From Pseudomonadota bacterium (GTDB taxonomy: Bacteria; Pseudomonadota; Gammaproteobacteria; JAKAQQ01): a stretch of DNA of 64,000 nt. The notes below the pieces were generated by a model, which was given only the letters and a program-made list of their open reading frames with translations, searched no databases and was not told the origin of the DNA. The position numbers and the translations under genes are program-made. Below are positions 47,913-58,483 of the stretch, piece after piece; the stretch's first letter is position 1, and every line of letters starts with the position of its first letter. The stretch covers positions 3,709 to 67,708 of the forward strand of contig JAJZYM010000008.1 of the NCBI GenBank assembly GCA_021798115.1, in the 5' to 3' direction.

Positions 47913-49304
47913 TCAGGCTCCGGGAACCCCCCCGGCGGTGAGCCGGAGGGGATCGAGGAGTCGGTCGAGTTCCGCGGCCTCGAGCCCGCTCATCTCGAGG
48001 GCCACGTCCCGGACGCTCCGACCGCTCCGGTAGGCTTCCTTGGCGATCGCCGCGCCTTTCTCGTAACCGATGACGGTGTTGAGCGCGGTGACCAGGATGG
48101 GATTGCGGGCCAGCGCCTCGGCCAGTCGCCGTTCGTCGACACGGAAGCCCGCGATCGCCTTGTCCGCAAGGAGCGCGCTCGCCCGGGCGAGAAGGGTCTC
48201 GCTCTCCAGCACATCCCAGGCGAGAAGCGGCAGCATGACGTTGAGCTGGAAGTTCCCCGACTGGCCGGCGATCACCACCGCGGTGTCGAGCCCGATCACC
48301 TGCGCGGCGACCATCGCCGCCGCCTCGGGGATCACAGGGTTGACCTTGCCCGGCATGATGCTGCTGCCGGGCTGGAGCGCGGGCAGCGCGATCTCCCCGA
48401 GTCCCGAAAGCGGTCCGCTGTTCATCCAGCGGAGATCGTTGGCGATCTTCATGAGCGAGGCGGCGTACGTCCGGAGCGCGGCGGAGAAGCCGACGACGGC
48501 GTCGGGCGAGGAGAGCGCGCGAAAAAGGTTGCCCGCGGGCGCGAAGCGGCTCCCGGCGAGCGCCGAGAGCTCGCGGGTCGCCCGCTCGGCAAAGCCGTCG
48601 GGGGCGTTGAGCCCCGTCCCCACGGCCGTCCCGCCGAGCGCCACGGAGCGCAGTTCCTCCCCGGCGCGGACGAGACGCTCGTGTCCGGCACGCACCTGCG
48701 CCGCCCAGGCTCCGAGTTCCTGGCCGAGAGTGAGCGGCACGGCGTCCATGAGGTGCGTGCGGCCGGTCTTGACGACCGAGCGAAGTTCTTCGGCACGCCG
48801 CTCGATGGTCGCGGCCAGGCGATCGAGCGCGGGCGCGAGCTCGCGCTCGAAGACGACGAGGGCGGCGACGTGGATCGCCGTGGGCACCGCGTCGTTGCTG
48901 CTCTGGCTCATGTTCACGTGGTCGTTGGGGTGCACGGGCTCGCCGAGCCTCGCCGCGGCCAGGCGGGCGACAACTTCGTTCACGTTCATGTTGCTGCTCG
49001 TCCCCGACCCCGTCTGATAGACGTCGAGGGGGAACTGGGCGTCGTGGCGCCCCTCGGCCACCTCGAGGGCCGCCTCCTCGATCGCCCGCGCCCGGGACGG
49101 ATCGAGAAGTCCGAGGTCCCGGTTCGCCCGCGCCGCGGCCGCCTTGATCCAGGCGAGCGCGTGGATGAACGGCGCGGGCAGCGTCCGGCCGCTGATGGGG
49201 AAGTTGCGCCGCGCGCGCTCGGTCTGCGCCCCCCACAGGGCGTCGCGGGGAACCTCGAGGGCCCCCAGGCTGTCGTGCTCGGTGCGGAACTCGGCTTCGG
49301 ACAT
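47913..49304 (-). CDS. fumC: Class II fumarate hydratase
   Basis: WGAQT, QTGSGTSSNMN, HPNDHVN, KTGRTHLMDA, GSSIMPGKVNP. Confidence 0.96.
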   Translation of the reverse strand: MSEAEFRTEHDSLGALEVPRDALWGAQTERARRNFPISGRTLPAPFIHALAWIKAAAARANRDLGLLDPSRARAIEEAALEVAEGRHDAQFPLDVYQTGSGTSSNMNVNEVVARLAAARLGEPVHPNDHVNMSQSSNDAVPTAIHVAALVVFERELAPALDRLAATIERRAEELRSVVKTGRTHLMDAVPLTLGQELGAWAAQVRAGHERLVRAGEELRSVALGGTAVGTGLNAPDGFAERATRELSALAGSRFAPAGNLFRALSSPDAVVGFSAALRTYAASLMKIANDLRWMNSGPLSGLGEIALPALQPGSSIMPGKVNPVIPEAAAMVAAQVIGLDTAVVIAGQSGNFQLNVMLPLLAWDVLESETLLARASALLADKAIAGFRVDERRLAEALARNPILVTALNTVIGYEKGAAIAKEAYRSGRSVRDVALEMSGLEAAELDRLLDPLRLTAGGVPGA

Positions 49305-49429
49305 GGGACGGTGGACTCCGGAAGTTGGGAAGACGGTGCGCGACGGAACGCGGTGAAAACCGAAGAGCTCGGTTATGATGGCACGGACGCGCCCCGCGAC
49401 GTTTCGGCGGCTATTCTAGCCCTCCTCCG

Positions 49430-50815
49430 GTGACGTTCCCCGACCCCCTCCACGCCCTCTCCCCGCTCGACGGCCGCTACGCGCGGGAGCTCGAGTCTCT
49501 GCGCCCGTTTCTCGGCGAACAGGCCCTCCTCGCCGCCCGCTGGCGTGTCGAGATCGCCTGGATTCTCGAGCTCGACACCCTGCGCCCCCCACTCTTTTCC
49601 CCGCTCACCGAGCGGGCGCGTGCCGAACTCGAGCGCTGGGCGCGGTCGTTCTCGGCGGAGGACGCCCGTCTCATCAAGACCCGCGAGGGCGAGATCGCGC
49701 ACGACGTCAAGGCCGTCGAATACGTGCTTCGCGAGCGGGCCGCCGCGGACCCGGAGATCGCCGGGACCGTGCCGTACTGGCACTTCGCCTGCACGTCCGA
49801 AGACATCAACAGCGCGGCCTACGCCCTCCTCCTCGGAACGGTGCGACGCGAAGCGCTCGCCCCGGCGCTCGACGAGATCCTCGCCTGGCTCGACCGCGAA
49901 GCGCACGCCGAGGCCGCGACGGCCATGCTCGCGCGCACCCACGGGCAGCCGGCGAGCCCCACCACCCTCGGCAAGGAGTGGGCCGTCTTCGCCGCCCGGC
50001 TGCGCCACGCCCGCGCCCGCCTCGAACGCGCCCCGCTCCGCGCCAAATTCAGCGGCGCCGTCGGCAACTACAACGCCCACCGCTTCGTCCGCCCCGACGT
50101 CGACTGGCCCGGGCGGACGGCCCGCTTCCTCGCCGGTCTCGGCCTCGAAGCGCATCCGCTCACCACCCAGATCGAGCCCCACGACGGGATCGCCGAGTAC
50201 TGCGATGCCCTCGCCGCGGTGAACACCGTCGCGCTCGATCTCGCGCGCGACGTCTGGGGGTACATCGCCCTCGGTCTTCTCCGCCAGCGTGCCCGCCCGG
50301 GCGAGGTCGGCTCCTCGACGATGCCGCACAAAATCAACCCCATCCGTTTCGAGAACGCCGAAGGCAATCTCGGCGTCGCCAACGCCCTTCTCCGGCACTT
50401 CTCGGAGAAACTTCCGGTCTCGCGCTGGCAGCGGGATCTCAGCGACTCGACGACGCTCCGCAACCTCCCGGTCGCTTTCGCCCACAGCTGGCTCGCCTGG
50501 CGCATGATCCGCCGCGGCCTCGACGAGATCGCCCCGGACCGCGCGGCCCTCGGCGCCGAGCTCGAAGCCCACCCCGAGGTGCTCGCCGAGGCGGTGCAGA
50601 CGGCACTCCGCGCGACGGGGGAATCCCGGGCCTACGAGCGCCTGCGCGACCTCACCCGTGGACGGACGATCACGGCGGAAGAACTGCGCGCGCTCGTCGC
50701 GACGCTTCCCCTCCCCGAGGACCTGAAGGAACGGCTCCTCCGGCTGACCCCCGCCACTTATCTCGGCTACGCCGCGGAACTCGCCCGGGGCGACGGCCCG
50801 CCGCCCCCGCCGTGA
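49430..50815 (+). CDS. purB: Adenylosuccinate lyase
   Basis: ALSPLDGRY, HDVKAVEY, HFACTSEDIN, RTHGQPA, SSTMPHKINP, SRWQRDLSDST. Confidence 0.97.
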   Translation: MTFPDPLHALSPLDGRYARELESLRPFLGEQALLAARWRVEIAWILELDTLRPPLFSPLTERARAELERWARSFSAEDARLIKTREGEIAHDVKAVEYVLRERAAADPEIAGTVPYWHFACTSEDINSAAYALLLGTVRREALAPALDEILAWLDREAHAEAATAMLARTHGQPASPTTLGKEWAVFAARLRHARARLERAPLRAKFSGAVGNYNAHRFVRPDVDWPGRTARFLAGLGLEAHPLTTQIEPHDGIAEYCDALAAVNTVALDLARDVWGYIALGLLRQRARPGEVGSSTMPHKINPIRFENAEGNLGVANALLRHFSEKLPVSRWQRDLSDSTTLRNLPVAFAHSWLAWRMIRRGLDEIAPDRAALGAELEAHPEVLAEAVQTALRATGESRAYERLRDLTRGRTITAEELRALVATLPLPEDLKERLLRLTPATYLGYAAELARGDGPPPPP

Positions 50816-51717
50816 CGGCGCCGGTCCGCATCGTCCCGGCCCGCTGGCCCGAGGACGCGGAGGCGCTCCGTCGGGTGCGCCGCACGGTCTTCGTCGTCGA
50901 GCAGAAGGTCGACGAATCCCTCGAGTGGGACGGGCGCGACGAGGCCGCCATGCATTGGCTCGCCCTCGACGCGAACGAGGCTCCACTCGGGACCGTGCGC
51001 CTCGAAGCCGACGGGAAGATCGGACGCATGGCCGTCCTCGCTCCCCGGCGGGGCACGGGCCTCGGGAGCCGGCTTCTCACCGCCGCGCTCGAGGCCGCCC
51101 ACGCGCGCGGTCTCGAGCGGGTCTATCTCCACGCGCAGGAACACGCCCTCGCCTTCTACCACCGGCACGGGTTCGTGAGCGAGGGGACGCGCTTCGTCGA
51201 AGCCGACATCCCGCACGTCACCATGACCCGCCCCTCCGCCGCTTCCTACCGCCTTGCCCTCGACGGAACCGAGGCCGTCCGGAGGGTCCTCTGGCTTCTG
51301 GGCGATGCGGCGCGGCGAAGCTTCGCCCTCCTGAGCCGGCGGCTGGCGCTCGCCCCCTACGCCGATCCCTATCTCGCCCGCGCCCTGACCGCGCTCGCCC
51401 GACGGGAGCGTGAGCTCCCGGTGCGCCTCGTCGTCCTCGAGCCCGAGCGACCTCTGCCCGCGCCGCTCCGCGACCTCGTCCACGATCTTCCGAGCCGCAC
51501 GGGCGTGCGGGCGCCGCCCGAGGAGACGGCCGTCGAGGCCGTCCAACCGCTGGTGCTCGCCGACGACCGCCACCTCCTTCGCTTCGAGGACGAGGAGGAG
51601 GGCCGCGGCCTCTTTCACTGGTCCGACCCGTCCGCGGGACGGGCGGCGCGTGGCCTCTTCGACACCCTCTGGAACGAGGGCGAGACGCCGGCCCTCTTCC
51701 GCCGCATGGATCTCTGA
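50812..51717 (+). CDS. GNAT acetyltransferase (YjcF/ElaA-like) fused to an uncharacterised C-terminal domain
   Basis: VRRTVFVVEQ, KIGRMAV, RGTGLG, LHAQ, FY...GF, EADIPH; GTGA overlap with purB. Confidence 0.85.
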   Translation: MTAPVRIVPARWPEDAEALRRVRRTVFVVEQKVDESLEWDGRDEAAMHWLALDANEAPLGTVRLEADGKIGRMAVLAPRRGTGLGSRLLTAALEAAHARGLERVYLHAQEHALAFYHRHGFVSEGTRFVEADIPHVTMTRPSAASYRLALDGTEAVRRVLWLLGDAARRSFALLSRRLALAPYADPYLARALTALARRERELPVRLVVLEPERPLPAPLRDLVHDLPSRTGVRAPPEETAVEAVQPLVLADDRHLLRFEDEEEGRGLFHWSDPSAGRAARGLFDTLWNEGETPALFRRMDL

Positions 51718-51726
51718 GAGGGCGCC

Positions 51727-52869
51727 GTGAGCCCGGACCCCTCTTGCGCGACGGAGGGCACGGAAGACCTCATCCTCGTCGGCCTCTCGGGCGGGGTCGA
51801 CTCCGCCGTCGCCGCCCACCTTCTCCTCGCGGACGGGCACAGGATCGAAGGCGTCTTCATGGACAACTGGGACAGCGACGACCCCTGGTGCACCGCCGCC
51901 GAAGACCTCGAGGACGCCCGACGCGTCGCCGAGCAGCTCGGCATCACGCTCCACTACGCGAGCTTTGCAGACGAGTACCGCACGGAGGTCTTTGCCGATT
52001 TCCTCGCCGGGCTCCGGGCGGGACTCACGCCCAATCCCGATGTGGCCTGCAACCGCACGATCAAGTTCGGGCTCCTGCACCGCTACGCCCGCCGTCTCGG
52101 CGCCGTCGCCGTCGCCACCGGCCACTACGCCCGCCGCGTCGAAACGTCGGCGGGCCCGTGCCTCCACCGCGCCCGCGACCTCGGAAAGGACCAGACGTAT
52201 TTCCTCCACGCCGTGGGCAACGAGGCCCTCACGATGAGCCTCTTCCCTCTTGCGGAGACGAGCAAGAGCGACGTCCGCCGCCTCGCCCGACGACTGGCGT
52301 TCCCCAACCACGCCAAGAAGGACAGCACCGGCATTTGCTTCATCGGCGAGCGGCCCTTCGCCGCGTTCCTCTCGGCGCATCTTCCGGCCGAACCCGGTCC
52401 GATCCGCGACGAGAAGGGGCGTCTCCTCGGCGAACACCGCGGCGTCGCCTTCTACACCCTCGGGCAGCGGCGCGGGCTCGGCATCGGCGGGCGGCGCGGC
52501 GCGGCCGAAGCCCCCTGGTACGTCTGCGCGAAAGACCCCGCGACGCGGACGCTCATCGTCACCCAAGACCCGCACCACCCCCGGCTCTGGAGCCGCACCA
52601 TCGAGATCGACGAGATCCACCGGTTGGGACCGTTCCCCGAGGGCTTCCCGGAATCGGGGCTCGGCGCGGTCGCCCGCTACCGGCAGCCCGAGGTCCCCTG
52701 CCGCCTCACCTTCAGCGGACCGACGACGGCGATCGTGCGGACGGAACGGCCTCTCTACGCCCCGACCCCCGGTCAGGCGCTCGTTCTCTACCAAGGTTCG
52801 CGCTGCCTCGGCGGTGGACGCATCGTCCGCGCGCATCCCGCGACGGGCCCGGAACTCTCCGACCTATAA
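51727..52869 (+). CDS. mnmA: tRNA-specific 2-thiouridylase
   Basis: SGGVDS, TPNPDVACN..IKF, ATGHY, KDQTYFL, KDSTGICFIGE, YTLGQRRG, TPGQ. Confidence 0.97.
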   Translation: MSPDPSCATEGTEDLILVGLSGGVDSAVAAHLLLADGHRIEGVFMDNWDSDDPWCTAAEDLEDARRVAEQLGITLHYASFADEYRTEVFADFLAGLRAGLTPNPDVACNRTIKFGLLHRYARRLGAVAVATGHYARRVETSAGPCLHRARDLGKDQTYFLHAVGNEALTMSLFPLAETSKSDVRRLARRLAFPNHAKKDSTGICFIGERPFAAFLSAHLPAEPGPIRDEKGRLLGEHRGVAFYTLGQRRGLGIGGRRGAAEAPWYVCAKDPATRTLIVTQDPHHPRLWSRTIEIDEIHRLGPFPEGFPESGLGAVARYRQPEVPCRLTFSGPTTAIVRTERPLYAPTPGQALVLYQGSRCLGGGRIVRAHPATGPELSDL

Positions 52870-52912
52870 TTTGCAGGCACGGCACGCGTGCCTCACTCCT
52901 GTGGAGATCGTC

Positions 52913-55579
52913 ATGGCCCCTCGTTCCCCCGATTCGCGCGCCGTCCTCGAGATCGGCGCTCACCGCTACACCTACTACCCGCTGCGCGCACGCGCCTCGG
53001 AGCGTGAACTCGCCCGGCTCCCCTTCGCGCTCCGCGTGCTTCTCGAAAACCTGATCCGCCACGAGGACGGCGAGAGCGTCCGCGCCGAAGACATCGCGGC
53101 CCTCGTGGCCTGGCGCGGGCAGGGACCGGAGGAACGGGAGATCGCGTTCCGTCCGGCCCGTGTTCTCCTCCAGGACTTCACCGGCGTTCCGGCGCTCGTG
53201 GACCTCGCGGCGATGCGCGACGTCGCGGCCGAGCTCGGCGCCGATCCCTCGCGGGTGAATCCGCTCCGCCCGGCGGAGCTGGTCATCGACCACTCGGTTC
53301 AGGTCGACGTTTACGGCTCGCGCGAGGCGCTCGAGCGCAACGCCGCACGCGAGTACGAGCGCAACCGCGAACGCTACGTCTTCCTCCGTTGGGGCCAGAA
53401 GAGCTTCGAACAGTTCCGGGTCGTTCCGCCCGACACCGGCATCGTTCACCAGGTCAACATCGAATACCTCGCCCGGGTGGTCTTCGCCGAAGATCAGAAC
53501 GGAACCGAGGTTCTTTTTCCCGACACGCTCGTCGGGACCGACTCGCACACGACCATGGTCAACGGACTCGGGGTCCTCGGCTGGGGCGTGGGCGGCATCG
53601 AGGCCGAGGCCGCGCTTCTCGGCCAGCCCATCACCATGCTCCTCCCGGAGGTCGTGGGCGTGCGTCTTCACGGCCGCTTGCCCGCGGGGTCGACGGCCAC
53701 CGATCTCGTCCTCACGCTCACCCAGAAGCTCCGCGCCCTCGGCGTGGTCGGCAGGTTCGTCGAGTTCTTCGGGCCGGGACTCGCCGCCCTGCCCGTGGCC
53801 GATCGGGCCACGCTCGGCAACATGTCGCCCGAGTTCGGCTCGACCTGCGCGCTCTTTCCGATCGACCGGGCCACCACCGACTACCTCCGCCTCACCGGCC
53901 GGCCGGAGGACCAGATCGCCCGCGTCGAGGCCTACGCCCGGGCGCAGGGCCTCTGGCATGACGAGACCACACCCGAAGCGGAGTACAGTGCCGTCCTCGA
54001 TCTCGATCTCGGCACCATCGAACCCTCGCTGGCCGGCCCGAGCCGCCCGCAGGACCGCGTGGCGCTGAGCGGCGTCGCGGCCCGCACCCGCGAGGCCCTC
54101 GCAACGCCGAAAGGCGCATCCCCGACCCCCGCCCGCGCTCCGGCCCGCGTCAAGATCGATGGACACGAGACGGAAATCCACGACGGCAGCGTCGTCATTG
54201 CGGCGATCACGAGCTGCACGAACACCTCGAACCCGGCGGTCATGATCGCCGCGGGCCTTCTGGCCCGGGCCGCCGCCGCCCGCGGGCTCCGCGCCGCCCC
54301 CCACGTGAAGACCAGCCTCGCCCCCGGCTCCCAGGTCGTCACCCGTTACCTCGAAAAAGCGGACCTCCTCAAGGATCTCGAAAAAGTGGGCTTCTACACG
54401 GTCGGCTACGGCTGCACGACCTGCATCGGCAACTCCGGCCCTCTTGCCGAACCGGTGAGCCGGGCGATCCGTGAGAACAAACTCGCGGTGGGCGCGGTGC
54501 TCTCCGGCAACCGCAACTTCGAGGGCCGCATTCACCCCGAAGTGCGCCTGAACTTCCTCGCCTCCCCGCCGCTCGTCGTCGCCTACGCCCTGGTCGGCCG
54601 ACTCGATGTCGATCTCACCCGTGAACCGATCGGCCACGACGCCCAGGGCCGAGCGGTGATGCTCACCGAGATCTGGCCCGACCCCGAAGAGGTGAGCCGC
54701 GTCGTCGACGCCTGCGTCCGTCGCGAACTCTTCCACGAGGTCTACGCCCGCGTCTTCGAGGGGACCGAGCTCTGGCGGGCCCTCGACATCCCCGAAGGCA
54801 CCCGTTACCGCTGGGACGAAAAGTCCTCCTACGTCCGCCGCCCGCCCTTCCTGACGGAGGTTCCGCGCCACCCCCGGCCGCTCACGGACATCCGCGGCGC
54901 CCGTGTGCTCGCTCTCCTGGGCGACTCGGTCACGACCGACCACATCTCGCCCGCCGGCAACATCCCCGCCGACAGCCCGGCCGGACGCTACCTTCAGTCC
55001 CTCGGAATCGCGCCCAGGGATTTCAACTCCTACGGGGCCCGCCGCGGCAACCACGAAGTGATGATGCGCGGGACATTCGCCAACATCCGCCTCCGCAACG
55101 CCCTCGTGCCCGGCGTCGAGGGGGGCTTCACGCTCCATTTCCCCGACGGCGAGAAGACCACGATCTACGAGGCGGCCATGCGTTACCGCGAAGAGAACGT
55201 GCCCCTCATCGTCCTGGCCGGCAAGGAATACGGAAGCGGCTCCTCGCGCGACTGGGCGGGCAAGGGGCCGGCGCTCCTCGGTGTGCGCGCGGTCATCGCC
55301 GAGAGTTTCGAGCGCATCCACCGCTCCAACCTGATCGGCATGGGGGTTCTTCCCCTCCAGTTCCGGGCGGGCGAGACCGCAGCCTCCCTCGGTCTCGACG
55401 GGCACGAGAGCTACGACTTCCCGGCCGCCATCGGGGACGGGACCGAAGAGATCGAGGTCGTCGCCCGCGGCAAGCGCGAAATCCGCTTCCGGGCCCGCGT
55501 GCGTCTCGACACTCCCATGGAAAGGACGTACTACCGTCACGGAGGGATTCTCCCCTACGTCCTTCGGCAGAAAATCTGA
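52913..55579 (+). CDS. acnA: Aconitate hydratase A
   Basis: LQDFTGVP, DHSVQVD, GTDSHT, ITSCTNTSNP, GYGCTTCIGNSG, SGNRNFEGR, GSGSSRDWA. Confidence 0.97.
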   Translation: MAPRSPDSRAVLEIGAHRYTYYPLRARASERELARLPFALRVLLENLIRHEDGESVRAEDIAALVAWRGQGPEEREIAFRPARVLLQDFTGVPALVDLAAMRDVAAELGADPSRVNPLRPAELVIDHSVQVDVYGSREALERNAAREYERNRERYVFLRWGQKSFEQFRVVPPDTGIVHQVNIEYLARVVFAEDQNGTEVLFPDTLVGTDSHTTMVNGLGVLGWGVGGIEAEAALLGQPITMLLPEVVGVRLHGRLPAGSTATDLVLTLTQKLRALGVVGRFVEFFGPGLAALPVADRATLGNMSPEFGSTCALFPIDRATTDYLRLTGRPEDQIARVEAYARAQGLWHDETTPEAEYSAVLDLDLGTIEPSLAGPSRPQDRVALSGVAARTREALATPKGASPTPARAPARVKIDGHETEIHDGSVVIAAITSCTNTSNPAVMIAAGLLARAAAARGLRAAPHVKTSLAPGSQVVTRYLEKADLLKDLEKVGFYTVGYGCTTCIGNSGPLAEPVSRAIRENKLAVGAVLSGNRNFEGRIHPEVRLNFLASPPLVVAYALVGRLDVDLTREPIGHDAQGRAVMLTEIWPDPEEVSRVVDACVRRELFHEVYARVFEGTELWRALDIPEGTRYRWDEKSSYVRRPPFLTEVPRHPRPLTDIRGARVLALLGDSVTTDHISPAGNIPADSPAGRYLQSLGIAPRDFNSYGARRGNHEVMMRGTFANIRLRNALVPGVEGGFTLHFPDGEKTTIYEAAMRYREENVPLIVLAGKEYGSGSSRDWAGKGPALLGVRAVIAESFERIHRSNLIGMGVLPLQFRAGETAASLGLDGHESYDFPAAIGDGTEEIEVVARGKREIRFRARVRLDTPMERTYYRHGGILPYVLRQKI

Positions 55580-55585
55580 ATCCCG

Positions 55586-55608
55586 GGCGGGCGGACCGGC
55601 CGCCCGCC
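55586..55608. terminator. GC hairpin between convergent acnA and TauE genes
   Basis: GGCGGGCGG-ACCGG-CCGCCCGCC, 9-bp stem; short U tail. Confidence 0.55.
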
Positions 55609-55609
55609 T

Positions 55610-56419
55610 TCACAGGAGGTAGTTGACGCCCACCGCCGCGAGAAGGACGAGTGTGGCGAGGAAAAACGCCCGCGGGCTGATCCGCAAGTGCAGGCGGTTT
55701 CCGACCCCCACGCCGAGGAGGACGGAAGGCACCAGAAACAGGGCTCCCCCCGCCAGCCGGAAGGTGAGAAGGGCGAGCCCGGCGTAGATGAACACCCGGA
55801 CGACGTTGCCGATGAGGGCGATCCCCTGGAAGGTGGCGCGGAAGGCCCGCTTGTCGAGACGGCGCATCTGGAGATACGCGACGAGAGGCGGACCGCCCCC
55901 GCCGTAGAGGCTCCCGACGACCCCCCCGAAGACCCCCAGGGGGAAGCCCCAGCCGACACCGATCCTCGGGAGCCTCTCGGGCCTGACCACAAGGGCGTAG
56001 ATCACGTACAAGAGGATGAAGACCCCGAGGAATCGGGTCAGACTCTGGGCGTTGGTGTCCGCGAGAATGAACGAGCCCACGACGAGGCCGACGAGGCTCC
56101 CGGGAACGAGCACACGGAGTTCGGGCCAGCGGATCTCGTGAAAGTCGTACGCCCCAAGAACCGCAGACCCCAGGAGATCGAGGAGGAGCACGACGGGGAC
56201 CGTCTCCTTGATCGGGAAAAAGAGACTCAGGAGGGCTACGGAAATGAGCCCGGAGCCGAATCCGATCGCGGCCCGCACGTAGAAGGCCACGAAGACGATG
56301 ACCACGGCGCCGGCGAGAAGGAGGGGATGGTGCAGGAGATCCCCGGGGACGAGAGAGACCGGGATGGGAGAACCCTCGCAGAGACGGGACGGGGGGCGGA
56401 CGTCACAGCTTAACGGCAC
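55610..56419 (-). CDS. Sulfite exporter TauE/SafE family membrane protein
   Basis: AAIGFGSGL, GSLYGGGGPPLV, FRAT, ~8 TM helices; true start probably ~60 nt downstream. Confidence 0.85.
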   Translation of the reverse strand: MPLSCDVRPPSRLCEGSPIPVSLVPGDLLHHPLLLAGAVVIVFVAFYVRAAIGFGSGLISVALLSLFFPIKETVPVVLLLDLLGSAVLGAYDFHEIRWPELRVLVPGSLVGLVVGSFILADTNAQSLTRFLGVFILLYVIYALVVRPERLPRIGVGWGFPLGVFGGVVGSLYGGGGPPLVAYLQMRRLDKRAFRATFQGIALIGNVVRVFIYAGLALLTFRLAGGALFLVPSVLLGVGVGNRLHLRISPRAFFLATLVLLAAVGVNYLL

Positions 56420-56508
56420 CCGACCTCGCGGGCGCGTGACGAGGAGAAATCCCCCCCACGTTCCTCGTTCCCCTAAAATCGCCCTGTCCTTCGATCCCTC
56501 CCGTCCCC

Positions 56509-58365
56509 ATGCCCCTCGCTCCCGCGGCCTTGGATCCTCACGGACTTCCGCCCCTCGGTTTCCACGCCGCGGCCGTCCTCCTCCTCGTCGTCGCGGCCCT
56601 CTGGTTCTACAGCCGGCCGAAGATCTCCATCGAGACGACGAGCCTCGGGATCCTGGTCGTCCTGCCTTTTCTTTTCGCCGTCGCGCCGCTGGCCCGTCAC
56701 GGCCGCCCGCTCGACCCCACGGTCTTCTTTTCGGGGTTCAGCAACCCGGCCCTCGTCGCCATCGTCGCCCTCATGGTCGCCGGGAGCGCCGTCGTCCGCA
56801 CCGGCGCCCTCTTCCCCCTCGTCCGTCTTCTGCGCCGGATCTGGGCGGCCGCCCCGCGTCTGGCTCTCCTCATGATCCTCGTCACCACGGCCTTCCTGAG
56901 CGCCTTCGTGAACGACACCCCCCTCGTGATTCTCCTCATCCCCCTGCTCATCGAGATCGCCTCGACGAGCGGAAAGACGTCACCGACACAGGTGCTCATG
57001 CCCCTCGGATTCGCGGCTCTCATCGGGGGGATGTCGACCACCATCGGGACGGCCACCAATCTCATCGTCGTCTCCTTCGCCCGCCGGCTGGGGCTTCCCC
57101 CCATGGGCATGTTCTCGTTCACGCTGCCGGCCGTCTGCGCCGGCGGCGTCGGCCTCCTCTATCTCTGGCTCGTCGCCCCGCATCTCCTTCCCAATCGCCG
57201 CCCCCTCGCCCGTGACGACTCGCGGCGGCGTTTCCGCGCGCTCCTCGAGATCACCGCAGAGAGCCCCGCGGTCGGTCACAGCCTTGCCGAGGCGCAGTCC
57301 CAGGCAGAAGGGCTTCGGACGCGTCACCTCATCCGTGAAGGGCGTCTTCCGATCGCGCCCCTCCCGGACCTCACCCTCGCGGCCGGCGACCGCCTCGAGA
57401 TCGAGGACACGCCCGCGCGCCTCAAGGAATACGAGACGGTGCTCAAGGGCCGGCTCTACGCCGGCGACAAGCCGTGGCCCGAAGGGGCGAATCCCGAGGC
57501 CGGCGACGACCAGCAGCTCGCGCAGGTCGTCATCATGCCCGGCTCGCGTCTCAGCGGACGCACGCTCAAGGATCTCGAGTTCGCCCTCCGCTACGATCTC
57601 GTGCCCCTCGGCATCTACCGCCGGGGCTCGCCCCTCAAGGCCGTGGACATCGAAGACGAAGCTCTTCTCCGCGGGGACGTGATCCTCGTCCAGGGGGCAC
57701 GGGAGCGCATTGCCCAACTGCGCGGGAGCGGACAGCTCACGCTCCTCGACGCCACCACCGATCTTCCCCGGAGCGCCAAGGCCAATCTCACCCTCCTCAT
57801 CATGGCCGCCATCGTGTTGCCGCCCGCTCTCGGGGTCCTCCCGATCGCGGTCACGGCCCCCTTCGGGATCCTGCTCATGGCGGTGAGCGGGGCGATCCGC
57901 TGGCGGGAGGCGACGGGAAGCGTGAACACCGGGGTCATCCTTCTCATCGCGGCGGGAGTGGCTCTGAGCCTGGCGCTCATGGACACCGGGGCGGCGCGGT
58001 TTCTGGCCGATCTCGTACTCCTCGGCACGCGCCACTGGCCTCCGGCGCTGCTCATCGCGCTCATCCTGCTCGCCGTGGCCCTCCTTGGCAACGTCGCCTC
58101 GCACACCACCGCGGCGCTCGTCGGGCTCCCGATCGCCGTGGCCATGGCCCGTGGGCTGGGGCTCCCGCCCGAGCCCTTTCTTCTCGCGGTCCTCTTCGGG
58201 GCCAACCTGGGCTACGCGACCCCCCTCGCCTACCAGACGAACGTCCTCGTGATGACCGCCGCCGGCTACGAGTTCCGCGACTTTCTCCGTGTCGGCCTTC
58301 CCCTCCTCGTCCTCATGGCGACCCTCCTCGGCTTCCTCATTCCGGCCTTCTTTCCCTTGCGCTGA
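56509..58365 (+). CDS. SLC13/DASS family permease with two TrkA-C domains
   Basis: FSGFSNPA, LSAFVNDTP, GGMSTTIGTATNL, two TrkA-C repeats, TPLAYQTNVLV..AGYEFRDF. Confidence 0.9.
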   Translation: MPLAPAALDPHGLPPLGFHAAAVLLLVVAALWFYSRPKISIETTSLGILVVLPFLFAVAPLARHGRPLDPTVFFSGFSNPALVAIVALMVAGSAVVRTGALFPLVRLLRRIWAAAPRLALLMILVTTAFLSAFVNDTPLVILLIPLLIEIASTSGKTSPTQVLMPLGFAALIGGMSTTIGTATNLIVVSFARRLGLPPMGMFSFTLPAVCAGGVGLLYLWLVAPHLLPNRRPLARDDSRRRFRALLEITAESPAVGHSLAEAQSQAEGLRTRHLIREGRLPIAPLPDLTLAAGDRLEIEDTPARLKEYETVLKGRLYAGDKPWPEGANPEAGDDQQLAQVVIMPGSRLSGRTLKDLEFALRYDLVPLGIYRRGSPLKAVDIEDEALLRGDVILVQGARERIAQLRGSGQLTLLDATTDLPRSAKANLTLLIMAAIVLPPALGVLPIAVTAPFGILLMAVSGAIRWREATGSVNTGVILLIAAGVALSLALMDTGAARFLADLVLLGTRHWPPALLIALILLAVALLGNVASHTTAALVGLPIAVAMARGLGLPPEPFLLAVLFGANLGYATPLAYQTNVLVMTAAGYEFRDFLRVGLPLLVLMATLLGFLIPAFFPLR

Positions 58366-58483
58366 TCCCGCCTCCCTCCAAGGCCCTCCGGAACCCGGCT
58401 TTCACCGAGCCCGTGGGGAATCCTTCCTCGGCGACCGCAAAGATCCGCTCGGCAAGCAAGCAAGTGCTTTCTGGGCCCGCACA

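Noticed and set aside
55610..58365. Divergent TauE and SLC13 genes as a sulfur-anion system
   Set aside because: Both families have broad specificity and no sulfur-metabolism genes are adjacent; listed as features only
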